This document shows, piece after piece, positions 10,345-22,517 of a DNA stretch of 33,389 bases. Both the position numbers and the translations under genes were made by a program. Location of the stretch: contig NC_057749.1 in assembly GCF_004010195.1 (NCBI RefSeq), positions 15,001,318-15,034,706 on the forward strand, given 5' to 3'. The DNA comes from Chiloscyllium plagiosum (lineage: Eukaryota). A model generated the notes under the pieces. That model was not told the DNA's origin and ran no database searches. It saw only the letters and a list, made by a program, of their open reading frames with translations. Numbering within the stretch: position 1 is the first letter of the stretch; the number at the start of each line of letters is the position of its first letter.

Positions 10345-10920
10345 ATAGAGTCATAGAGCACGGAAACAGACTCTTCGGCCCAACCAGTCCGTGCCGACTT
10401 AACTAAACCAGTCCCATCTGCCTGCTCCTGGCCCGTATCCCTCCAAACCTTTCCTATTCATGTACAAATTTCTTTTAAACATTGTAACTGTGCCCACACC
10501 CACCACTTCCTCAGGAAGCTCATTCCTCACATGAACACCCTCTGTTTAAAAACGTTGCTCCTCATGTCTTATGTAAATCTCTCTCCTCTCACCTTAACAA
10601 CGTGTCCCCTAGTCTTGAAATCCCCCATCCCAGGGAAAAGACAATGATTATTAACCCTATCTATACCGCTCATTATTTTATAAATTCTATCAGGTCACCA
10701 CTCAACCTCCTACGCTCCAGTGAAAAAAATCCCAGCGTTTCTTTATAACTCAAACTTTGCATACACAGCAACATCCTGGTAAATCTCTTCTGAACCCTCT
10801 CCAGATTAATAATATCCTACCTATAAGAGGGTGACAGGAACTGGACACAGTATTCCAGAAGAGGCCTCACCAATGTCCTGCACAATCTTAACATGATGTT
10901 CCAACTCCTACACTCAAAGG
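10345..10920 (-). mobile_element. CR1/HER1 LINE 3' fragment
   Basis: tagagtcatagagcacggaaacagactcttcggcccaacc tail; reverse complement of the copy at 30060-30630. Confidence 0.88.
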
Positions 10921-11247
10921 ACCTTGAGGTGAAACCTCACAGCCTTTAAAAAGAGTTTGGCATGTCATAACACAGAGCGCAGGAACATGGCAGCATAGTA
11001 GATTGAGTGTAGCATTGGCAGTACAGACCTGATGGGCTGAAGGGTCTGCATCTGTGAGATACTAGATTATAAATTGAGACCAAACACTGCCCCATCCCCA
11101 CAGGTAGGCTGAAGGTACAAACTCTCATGTGAAGAGTGAGTGGGTAATCTCAGAGATTTTACTGTGTGACTCCACTTGGGTATCAGCTCCTTCAACATCT
11201 GGGAAGAGGTGAACATCTGAACAGTGATTACCTTCTCCCATTTAAAT

Positions 11248-11530
11248 AACAGACACAGACCTCTATCCCGTCCCCATGTGGGGGAATCACAGACACAGAC
11301 CCCCGTCCCGTCAACATGTGGGGGAATCACAGACACAGACCCCCGTCCCGTCACCATGTGGGGGAAATCACAGACCCCCACGTCCCGTCACCGTGTGGGG
11401 GAATCACAGAACCCCCGTCCCGTCACCGTGGGGGGGAATCACAGACATCCCTCCCTTCACCATGGGGGGGGGATGTCACAGACACAGACCCCCATCCCAT
11501 CACCGTGGGGGGGAATCACAGACCCTCCTC
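11248..11530. repeat. 35-41 bp minisatellite, ~7 units
   Basis: Unit acagacacagacccccgtcccgtcaccatgtgggggaatc. Confidence 0.9.
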
Positions 11531-11984
11531 CCATCCTTCCAGAAATCACACAGTTACATTCTATTATTTACTAATGAGCCTCAAGACCTTTCCTGGTGAT
11601 GGTTAATATTCCAAGGTTGATTTGCTGGCAGGGAATAGAAACCATTCAGTTGTGAGTAAGGAGCCATATAAAGAAGTTCCATGCCTAAAACTGGGGGACC
11701 CTTGTGGTGCAGTGGTAGTGCCCTTACCCCTGGACCTGGAGGCCTGGTTTTGTGTCCCATCTGCTCCAGGCGATGGTAATAAGATTTCTGAACAAGTTGA
11801 TTTGTGGAAATTATCTCAGTGTCTGGAATCCAGAAACAACTTGAGATGAGCCCATGTCTATTGTCTCCAGTGTAATGTGCTAAAGTACACATGACCCACA
11901 CCAGGGGACCGCAACATGTTGACTTACTCTGAAGTGCTTACCTGAGGATGTTCAATTGACTTTTAAATGAAACATCTTTTTCAG

Positions 11985-12165
11985 GTATCTTTGTGAATAT
12001 GCTTACTACCTTTCATTATACCATGGTAACCAGAAAGCTGCCTTTATTCACATCCCTCGGCTGAGCAATGGATTGACAGTGGAAAAGCTGGGAAAGGCTC
12101 TCTGGATGATTCTACAGGAGCTGCTGCACCAACTGGACACCCAGAGAGAACCATCGGTTTTGTGA
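11985..12165 (+). CDS. PGPEP1L: PGPEP1L coding exon 5 (YLCEYAYYLSLYHGNQKAAFIHIP...EPSVL*), catalytic Cys and His
   Basis: Acceptor catctttttcag; phase 2 completes the Arg codon AG|G; TGA at 12163-12165. Spliced CDS 34+53+117+227+181 = 612 nt = 203 aa plus stop. The paralog call (PGPEP1L rather than PGPEP1) rests on GFGPFRQHL and the tail-to-tail position next to IGF1R. Confidence 0.95.
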
Positions 12166-12177
12166 ACGATGCTCAGT

Positions 12178-12470
12178 GTCACACAGCACGGAAGCAGACC
12201 CTTCGGTCCAACGCGTCCATGCCTACCAAGATTCCCAAACTAAACTAGTCCCGTTTGGCCCATATCCCTTTATATCCTTCCTATCCATGTCTGGATGCCT
12301 TTTAAATGTAATTGTGTTGACCTCCACCACTTCCTCTGGCAGTTCATTCCATACATGCACCACCGTGTGTGTGAAACTGTTGCCCCCTCTGTCCCTTTTA
12401 AATCTTTCCCTCTCGCCCTAAACCTATGCCCCTCTAGTTTTGAACTCCCCACCCTGGGGAAAAGATCCCT
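12178..12470 (-). mobile_element. CR1/HER1 LINE 3' fragment directly after the PGPEP1L stop codon
   Basis: cagcacggaagcagacccttcggtccaac tail, ccaccacttcctctggcagttcattcc. A second copy lies at ~12770-12980. Confidence 0.85.
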
Positions 12471-13324
12471 TTCCTCAGCTTAAAGACTCACCCTCCATCC
12501 TGAATCCACACCAGTGTGAATGGTCTCACGTTGGTTGTGCTGTCTCCTTGCTCTCACGGGACCCCTGAAACCTCGAGGCTACATCGCAAGTTGTCCCTTT
12601 TGTTATTCTGTCTCGGAATGTGGTTGTTGGTCATCCCTAATTGCCCTGCAATCAGTAACTTTCTGGGGTCACTAAAACGCAGATGTTTCCTTAGCCGCCT
12701 GGAGTCAAATTTTGGGCAGGACAGCAGATTTCCCTCCCTGGAGGGCATTAGTGTCAGGAGGGTCAGACTAGAGTTTATAGAGACGTACAGCACAGAAACA
12801 GACCCTTCGGTCCAACCCATCTATGCCGACCAGATATCCCAACCCAATCTAGTCCCACCTGCCAGCACCCAGCCCATATCCCTCCAAACCCTTCTTATTC
12901 ATATACCCATCCTGATGCCTCTTAAATGTTGAAATTGTACCAGCCTCCACCACTTCCTCTGGCAGCTCATTCCATACCCAGTCTTTCCCTGAAATAATGC
13001 CACAGGATCACTTACCTGGTGGGTAGTGGGGGGGTTGGGGGGGAGGGGCTAATGCCTCATCAAACAGCACCACATTCCCCCAACACACCAATGCGCTGGG
13101 TTACACACCCAACTTTTTCCCACCATTCTGATATAGAGGGGAGAGTTGCCAACGTAGTCAGTGTTGATATTATCAAATGAATTGTGCTGTTTTACAAATC
13201 AAATGGTTAACTTTCTGTGCTGATTGTGGCTTGAGGGAAGGGATCAAAATACCTTCAATTACTTGGATCGAAGGCGTGAATACCGGTCATAGTCAGAGTT
13301 TTTACAGCATTGAAAGAGCTCCGT

Positions 13325-14092
13325 GGTTGCCTATTGTTGGAAGGATATGATTAAGCTGGAGAGCGTTCGGAAGAGATTTACCACAATGTTGCCCCATATG
13401 GAGAGCTTGAGTTATATGGATAGGCTGGGAGTCCTACCACAGGACCATAGGAGGTTGAGTGGTCGCCTTAAAGAAGTTTATCGGATCACGAGGGGTATAG
13501 TGTTAATGGTTGGTGTATTTTCTCATAGGATGGGAGATTTCAAGACTAGGGGCATTGTTTACAGTGAGAGCTACTTAGAAAAGACACGGGCGCAATTTTA
13601 TTTTAAGATTAGACTCCATACAGTGTGGAAATAGGCTGTTCGGCCCAACAAGTCCACACCGAACCTCCGAAGAGTAACCCACCCAGACCCATTTCCCCCT
13701 GACTTAACACTTTGGGCAATTTAGCACGGCCAATTCACCTAACCTGCATATCTTTGGATTGTGGGAGGAAACCCACGCAAACGCGGAGAGAATGTGCAAA
13801 CTCCAAACGGACACTCATCCGAGGCTGGAATTGAACTAGAGTCCCTGGTGCTGTGAGGCATCAGTGCTAACCACTAAGCCATTTTTCCAGAAGGTGATTT
13901 GTGTGGAGTGAACTTCCTGAGGAAATGGTGAATACAGGCACATTTGAAAGGCACTTAGATAAGTACATAAACAGGAAAGGTTTGGAGGGATATGGACCAG
14001 GAGCAAGCAGGTAGGATTACTTTAGTTTGGGATTAGGGTCGGCATGGAATAGTTGGACCGAAGGGTCTATTTCTATGCTGTATGTCTGTATT
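13325..14092 (+). mobile_element. CR1/HER1 LINE 3' fragment interrupted by an antisense HE1 SINE (~13605-13881)
   Basis: Decayed ORF2 C-terminus (KDMIKLESVRKRFTTMLP) and 3' tail gttggaccgaagggtctatttctatgctgtatg; V-domain insert on the - strand. Confidence 0.85.
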
Positions 14093-14861
14093 CTATTCCC
14101 ATTTTCCAACATTATTTCATAGCCTTATATTCATTGGAATTTCAAATGTTCGTCTAAATATTTCTGAAATGCCTTGAGGGTTCCCACTTCTACCAGTCTT
14201 ACAGGCAGGGAGTTCCAGATACCCACCATCCTCTGGGTGGAAATGGTTTTCCTCAAATTGTCTCCAAATTGCCTGCTTTTTACCTAAAGCTGTGTCCTTG
14301 TTAATGACCCCTGTACTGAGGGGAAAGTTTCTGTCTGTCTGTGCCCCTCAGAAGTTAGTACACCTCAATCCGATCTCACCTCAGCCTTCTCTGAGGGAAA
14401 ACAGCCCCAGCCTATCTCGCCTCTCTTCAGAGCTGGTGTGTAAATTACTAACTGTTTACATTAAAAGTGTTGAACTTTGCTCCAAATACTTGATTGTCAA
14501 ACTTCAAACAGTCAGATGGAAATAAGGTGATGCCAAAAAAGGAACTGCTTGGCTTGAGACTGTTAGAGGATTAAAAGATTTTGCCAGTTAATACTTAAAG
14601 AACTCGTATGAACATGTTAAACAAATATTATTGGAGGGGGAAGTGGAGATTCCACTCTCAGATGGTACATCAGGTAGCTGAGGTCTAGATTTATTTTAAA
14701 TTCATGACATGGGAATCACTGACTGAGCTAGCATTTATTGTCCAAACCTCATTGCCCCAGAAAATGTTGCTGCATTGGTCTCTGCTCTGCACTCAGTTGG
14801 GCTCAAGTATATTTGACAATTCCACATGCAGCTGTAGAGGAACATTGAAGGCATTAACCCC

Positions 14862-15450
14862 AGCAGGGCACAAGGTTAGCACTGCTGCCTCATAGTGACA
14901 GGGACTCACGTTCATTCAAATGGTGTGGAGTTGGCACGTTTTCCCCATGTCCGCGTGGGTTTCCTCTGGGTGCTCCAGTCCAAAGATTAGGTTAGATTCC
15001 CTACAGTGTGGAAACAGGCCCTTCAGGGCAACCAGTCCACACCGACCCTCTGAAGAGTAACCCACCCAAACCTATCCCCCTCTGACTAATGCATCTAACA
15101 CTACAAGCAATTTAACATGGCCAATTCACCTGACCTGCACATCTTTGGACTCTGGGAGGAAACTGGAGCACCCGGAGGAAACCCATGAAGACATGGGGAG
15201 AATGTACAAACTCCACACAGACAGCCACCCGAGGCTGGAATCAAACCTGGGTGCCTGGTGCTGTGAGGCAGCAGTGATAACCACTGAGGCCCCCTAAAGA
15301 TGCGCAGGTTAGGGTGGACTGGCCATGCTAAATTGCTCCATTGTGTCCAGGTTAGGGCATGGGAAATGCAGGGTTACAGGGAGAGGGTAGGGGTCTGTGT
15401 GGGATGCTCTTCATAGGAGCAGAATGGCTTGCTCCCACACGGTAGGGATT
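14862..15450 (+). mobile_element. HE1-type SINE with a second HE1 nested antisense (~14985-15292)
   Basis: The outer copy breaks at ccaaagat (14980-14987) and resumes at ctaaagat (15294-15301), then gcgcaggttagg. Confidence 0.85.
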
Positions 15451-15486
15451 TTATTTAAAAAAAACAGCAACCAAGTAGGAAGACTC

Positions 15487-15670
15487 CACACACACACACA
15501 CACACACACGCAGAGACACGGACACAGACACACAAAGAGACACAGACACACGCGCGCGCGCGCACACACACATACAGACACAGACACGCACACACACACA
15601 TACAAAGAGAGACACACGCACACACACACAAAGAGACACACACACACAAAGAGACAGACACACGCACACA
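15487..15670. repeat. Compound (CA)n/(CG)n microsatellite
   Basis: cacaca runs with cagaga interruptions and a cgcgcgcgcgcg core. Confidence 0.95.
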
Positions 15671-15704
15671 AAGGATCAAACGTCAGATTTTTTTGCATAC
15701 AGAT

Positions 15705-15710
15705 TTTATT
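15705..15710 (-). terminator. Candidate distal polyadenylation signal AATAAA of IGF1R (second AATAAA at 15978-15983)
   Basis: The - strand reads gttaAATAAAatctgtatgcaaaaaa, followed downstream by a U/GU-rich stretch. Confidence 0.65.
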
Positions 15711-18700
15711 TAACTTAAATCTTGTCCTGTAACTACTAGAAAAAAGCCAAGTAAGAAGAAACCTAGAATTGCTTTAGCTTCAGCCAGTCAAAATAGACAA
15801 GGTTTTTTTTCTTTTTTTCCTCTTGAATGAAAAGATTCCATAATATATCGAAATAACAGGAATAAATCCTTACAACAGAATATACAAAACATTTGAATTT
15901 TTTTTAACCAACAAATCAAAATCTCCATATAAACACAGGAATTGTATGAATAATTTACACACAGCAAGTCATTCTCTTTTATTTAACAAATTGGCCATCT
16001 TTTTACTGCTCCATTTTAAAAAAAAAATCATTTACTAAACAACTGGTGGGGTAGGGAAAGTAGGAAACCCATCTTTGCAATATGCCATCTAAAGTGTTCA
16101 CTTTTCCCTCCTGGAGGTAGTAATAATCTCTAGCCAGCCTTAACCTATTAGTGACAGCACTGAACTGTACAATCAGTGTTTCTGGACCTTTTAAATACAC
16201 GAGGACACACAATCTGCAGGTCTGGGGCACACCACCAGGGTGTAGATTCAGAGATCGCCGATGTCCGCTCATTTCTGCACCTCTCTCATTTTCCAGCAAG
16301 ACTTGGCCGGAATTAAAAAAATAAAACCTACAGCCTTGCCTGGCTGACCCCAACGAAAAAGGCGGGGGTGGGGGGGGGAAAGAAACAAGATACTTTGTTA
16401 ATGTCTGCTCCAGACGAGTAAACTTGGAATTGCTCTCCTGTTGTCTGTGGGGTCACAAAATGCAAACTTCCCTCATCCTGAACCTAAGAGGTGGGAAAAA
16501 AAACAGCAGCGAAACCAGGAGTCTGTCCAGCTCAGTGTCTCAGCTGTTGCTGCTCTCACTTACATTTCAGTCTCCATATCCCTCACACCACAATCAGGAC
16601 CTTCCTGGGTAGCTGATAGAAAACCAGTGCTTTCTCACCCCAAATTGAAACTGAAAACCCCAAGACTCATGCTTCATACAAGGAAAGGAAGGAGCAGAAA
16701 TTCCCCAGCTGTATTTTTGGAAAAAACACTGGGGATCAGAGAAACGTGCCCTAGCTTTGTCAGTTATTGGGAGTCCTGGTGGTCTAAGGTCAGAGTCCCT
16801 GTACGCACTGCCACAGATACTCAGGAACCGAACCGAGCACCGAGTGTGAAGATTCTAGAAAGTGCGCCGAATTTTGATTGTGCTGGGTAGACCTCCCTGT
16901 CAAGACTATAATCGGAACACCCACTAAAAACCATCAGCCCACGCCCACCCACCTTCCTCGTTAGCCTCAGCTCTTCTGGAACGTTAAAGCAGCTTCTTCA
17001 GGCGTCGTACCAGCTTGTTGGGAGGTTTGGTAGCACCTCAGAAACAATAAACTGATGTTGCAAGAGCCCAGGTCATCTTTATTATCTTAAAACACTTCCA
17101 ATATTCTTGTGTGGAGTCCCCGCCCACTCTGAGGAGACCACAGCCCATCGGACAAGTGACTTGACGATGTCATGGATACCACGCTGTGATTGGTTGACCT
17201 GCTTTTGGGCACCACGTTGGCCAATTCAGGTTTGATTAACAGCAGGTAGAGCCTTATGGGGGTTCCCCCCTCTATTCCACCAGCACACCGCATCCCCTGC
17301 GTCCATCCCACCTTGTGTCAGTGCCAACAGGTGCCACTATCAATGCCCATCCCTACTTCACCCAAGTCAGGAAAGCTGGACTGAGTTCCGTGCCCAACAC
17401 CCACCTGCACACCTCCCTCCAGCTCTGGTCCATGAGGGCAGAGGTCAAATGCAATGCCAACTCCCCCCCCCTCCCTTCCATGCCAAAGGCACTTTTCATT
17501 TTGGCAGCATTGGTACACAGCTAACCTCTACTCACCCACAATAGGCACAACACCCTGGCTTTCTCTGCCCTGGCAGAGCTCTGGCTTTGAATCAGAAAAG
17601 GTCACACACAGCAACAAAAATAATTAATTATGAAACATACCCGTAAACTACCAGCAACAATGAATTCTGAACAGTTCACTTTGACCTGGATTTTAGCAGA
17701 TCAGAGAATGTTGTTTCAACAACATACAACAGCTCCCCACTGTGCTAAAACACAGGAGAACTACATGCCTTCCCGTGTATTCTCTGCACCTCCCACGTTA
17801 TAAGATTTGCTCCAATCTGTTCCCTTAGTTGCACTTAAAGCTTGAGAATGATTCACACCAAAGTCATCCAGTAGCCCAACAGAGAGGTGGAGGGGGGAAA
17901 AAGAGTGAGAGAGTGTGGGTGTAGGTCGGGGGAGTTATTCGGATTCCCAGTGACAGTAACTCTGAATTCAGCTACTCTGCCAGTCCAAGGGACGAGAATC
18001 CCCAGTTGGAATACAACAGGGACTGGGGGAATGACTCCATCCTGAAGATGGGCAAACAAGACAGACATTTTTTTTTTGGGGGGGGGGGGAGAGACAGAGA
18101 GAGAGAGAGAATTGTGGGGAAGCATTCTTCCTGATCCCAAAGTTGAATCCTGAGTCACTCACTAAGGAACGGTGCTTACGAGGGTGTGTGTCAGATTCTC
18201 CTGTCCCTCTTGGTTGAACGTGGACAGTGTAGAAGTAAGAAAGGGAGAAGAGTGGAACCCAAAGTTTGGTGCGACTATTGCCCGGTTCAGCACCAACTGC
18301 CCTGACCAAATACAGTATCACAGGCCCCTGTATCATACAGCAATGCAATAAACCCATTCTAATAGGATCAACCAGATCAGAGGTAGACAAGGCATTACCC
18401 TTGTAAACAAATTCCAAAACAACCATTAAACTATAGGACAACACTTCAAAGTGTATTACATAATATTTTTGGACAAAACCAAATTAGTTTGCTGAACCAC
18501 GTTGGCATTTACCTTGGGGTATCCCTTTAGTTTGGCCTGACATACATCAAGATGATTGTTTTTGTTACAAAAAATTCTGAAACGAATCTCCTCCACACAT
18601 ATTTTCCTTAACCACCTGCTAATGCTCCCAAGTTCTTTTTGAGATATATATTACAATGAAATGAAATCAGTGGTGATATACTCTAAGCTGCTACTTAGAG

Positions 18701-21700
18701 TCAGGCCATGTCTCAGTGAACAGACTGCAGCTGGTTGTCACCGGGATTCAATCAATGCAGGCATTGAGAGGAACTGATCAGACAACAGATACATTCCTAA
18801 AATCCAGCTTTCACTACAGACTGAACCCACCTGAAGAGGTGCTACTGTGTACACAAAGCTCATTCCCTCAGTGGCTGAGTCTATGCTCTAGTGGTATTCC
18901 TTCAGGTCGTTAACCTAACCCTATAACCTTGTCCTAATGCAAATATGTCAGGCCCATCAGGACCAGACACACTCCACAAACCCAAGAACAGCTGGAACAA
19001 CATTAAGATGAAAAGAATGACCATTCTAAAACAGGTCAAGTGCTTACAATGGAACTAAGTCCAACTATAGACTGCGAGGGCATCAATTCTGGTCTGCTTA
19101 TGAACCAGGGTGTCAAAGTATACACTGACAAGGCGAGAGAGGGAGACTCCATCTGTACCTGACCAAACACAAGCTGGGCTCAGTTTCAGGGATGGAAGAT
19201 CATCTTTATTTCAGTAGCAGCTTGGGCACATGGACTGAGCGTTCGATTTGGGGTGTAACAGAGCGGTTTGATTTGGGGCTGACCCTATGATAACTGTGAT
19301 ATCCACCAGGCTTGCAACTGCAGACAACTCTCACTTTGCTCTCCACATCAGCAGCATCACTCCCACATCTGCGGGTTCGAACTTTGGTCTGTTATATTAT
19401 GCAGTTTTGCGGTGGGACAGGACATTCCCTCCTGCTATGCATTTCTGTTTTGCAATAGCCGTTACGATCAATTTGATTTCTGAAGCGTGTATTAACGGGA
19501 AGCTGGAAACACACTGCAAATACACAGAGTATTGGCAAGAGCATGCCAGTATCTACAGCTCAAAACTGGCACTAACTGTCACATAACTCCAACACAGTTT
19601 CTATTTGGTCACTGCAGTCAGTAATAGTTGGCATGTTGCAATATGAGCACAATGTTTCATTTCTGGGTGACTGGGCCAGTGAGGAACCTCCTGCTCCCAA
19701 CTCCGTGTCTATATCTGGGTTGGGTGACTCCATTCGCTATTCTAATCTGATATTGTCCCAGTTTGGCCGTACCTCGGGCTCCACGTATCGAGGGCCTGCT
19801 CTTGCAGATGTGTTGTTAAATCTAGAACTTGGTGTCTGTTGGCAAAAACAATTGATCACCAATACTGAACTGTGTGTGGCAGCCCAGTGCTCAGGAATCA
19901 ATCACTGCCTCCTTTTGCTCTCCATCACCGCTAAACATGTCGCCTCTAGGACGTCTTCTCCACCAGATACCCTCAGCAATGTTCCAGCATGTGGCCGGAC
20001 ATGTGTTCCAGCGTGTGTTTGACTGCAGAGGCATCGTAACCAAGCCCCTCCTGGTGAAGGCACAATCCAGCATGGGTGACGGGCACAGTGAGCCCTGACC
20101 AACCAGCCCCAGTCTCTGTACCTTACTGGGGCACGGGGAGGGGCAAGCTGCAACACTTGCATTCCCCACCCCAGGGATCAGCTAACCAGATCGCAACTGG
20201 GAGCCCAGTGTAGGCCCTTTTTGGAATCACAGACACTTCCATCTTCAACCAGGGATAAGATCCACCTGAAATCAGATTGGCTGTGCCATTCCTGCACGTG
20301 ATCACACTGGGGAAGAAGAGGTAGCCTTCCTCTGCTGACACTGACTCTCTTCCAGCCATTGGCAGCTTCCATTCTGCTGACACCCATTCCAATGTCACAG
20401 GACTGACACCCAACTCCCTCTCAGATTCTGACAAAAGGTCATCGTTCCTGAGACACTAACTCTGCGTCTCTCTCCAGGGAGGCTGCCCTGCCCTGCTGAG
20501 TATTTTCAGCCTTAACCGTTTCCATTTCACAGAATTCCAGCATCTTGAGTGTCCCGCTTTGGTTCCTCACACCGGCCCCTCCTGGGCTGCCTTTTCAAAG
20601 CCTGGACCAAACACACAGACTATTGATCCCACCAATATCATCAGCCTCATTAATCCCCCCCACCCACCCCTGCTACACGTGAGCCTTCTCTTACTCTGAA
20701 TGCTAATTTGACACCTTGGGTAGAAACCTCTTTAAAGTTAAAGTAAGAGGTCAGTGTTAGCGTTTTCGGGTGTCAGAGTGTCCATGTCATGACCACAACG
20801 CTATATATAGCTTCGTTCTGAACCATCTCCTACAGCTGTCAGGCTGTTCTTTCAGCCCGTCTATGCTAGACCTGACACTACATCGTACTGAACAAATATC
20901 ATGCGTCTCTACTCCTGAACGGGAAGGAGAGATATGTTGGGGACGGGGTGAGGGGGGAAACACTGTTAATGCAAACACAACCCTTTAGCTACAAACCATT
21001 CTGTAAGTGGACGCCAGACCTGTTCTCAGTGTACCAGAAGCTACAGCTTTTGGAAAGGTTTGAGGCTCTGTGCAAGGAGGAAGAGTCATCAGATTTTGAA
21101 GGCGGGTTGGTTTTCCACCCAGGCCCCGTGAAACATGGGTCCCACTGAGAAATCAACCTCTTAAAAACACTCGCTTTCAAGGACCCTTCAAATTTAACAG
21201 AGATCAGGGCTCTCTCCGACGCTACAGACAACCTTGGTCGGTCCCATTACAAAGGTCAGACAACATCACACACATTTCCTAAAGTCACAAAAACAGTAAA
21301 AGTCAGTGAAGTGCTTTCAATGATCTATACAGTTGCTAAGATGGCTTCAAACTTGGTTAGTGATTTTTAAAAAACTTTCTTTCCTCTCTCTTTTGAACAC
21401 AGATCAATGAAATTGTAAAGCAGACAGGTTTACAAACATTTTGTAACTAGCTGTGAGCTGAGGGTCTATGGCTATGTGATATGTGCGACGCAGGGGGAGA
21501 TCAGGAGGTCACCAGGTTTGTGTACAAATTCTACCTCCAGCCCCAGCACTGAAGTGGTTTCAGCTCACATTTCAGGGCCCTACACCAAATGCACTGACAA
21601 CTGATCCCACAAACCCCACGTATTATCAGCAGCCTCATTAATCTACCTACAGGTTCCACTAGCTTTCTCTCTGAATGTCAACTGAAGTCCCACTTGATTC

Positions 21701-22344
21701 ACCTGTGCGATACTGAAAAATAGTTTCACCAATTCCGGTCTTGCCCAAATCCCTGCCCTCAATATTCCTGCCAGCCCTCCCCTGAAGATGCCAATTCTTG
21801 CCTAGGTACATGAGCACGTACGGTTCCTGATGCAGTCGGTGAGGGCAGGGATGGGTTAGGCGATGTAGGAGGGCATCACAAGGCTGTGAAAACAAACTCT
21901 TCCATGTGAATCCTGCCCTAACCCCAAACGCCAACACACAAGGGCCTGGAGGGGGCTAACACTGCATCCTGATTCCTCTCAGTGCTGTCTTGCTCCAATG
22001 AACCTCCATCAAACCCGTTCAGCAGCAAAAACAAATGTAAAAACAAAACAGTTTCAATACCGGGTTCACTGCAAAACTACAAATGCATATTTAATATATT
22101 CAGGAGTGAGCTAGACAGCCTGAGCCCTTAGGGGGAAAGACACACGAGTTTAATTTCACAGTTAGTGTCCTGGAGATTAATGGTTAATTTCACCAACTCG
22201 TTTTGGGGCTGATGGCCATTTCCACATTGGATACACAGTTGGAACGGTCTGATTTACCCCGAAACAGCTACTGGTCAGCTGATTCTTATAGAGCTTTCAT
22301 TGGTCCTTGTGCTGGACTGAGGGATGGAGAGAGTGCTGCACGCT

Positions 22345-22517
22345 GGGACAAGACAGAGTAAAGATCCCTCTACATTGTCCCCATCAAACACTCCCAGGAA
22401 AGGGTCAGCACGGGGTTAGACACAGAGTAAAGCGTTCTCCACGCTGCCCCATCAAACTCTCCCAAGACAGGGACAGTATGGGGTCTGATACAGAGTAAAG
22501 CTCTCTCTACACTGTCC
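22345..22517. repeat. ~70-bp tandem repeat, ~2.4 units, inside the IGF1R 3' UTR
   Basis: acagagtaaag...ctctacactgtccccatcaaacactccca-like unit; acagagtaaag occurs three times at ~70-bp spacing. Confidence 0.85.

Noticed and set aside
10214..10406. Continuation of ORF 9993..10406 beyond SRDAGR
   Set aside because: Homology stops at the AG|gtcagt donor, and the remainder runs into a CR1 tail.
12151..12165. C-terminal SVL of PGPEP1L as a peroxisomal or PDZ targeting signal
   Set aside because: It is not a canonical PTS1, and a three-residue match is unsupported without conservation data.
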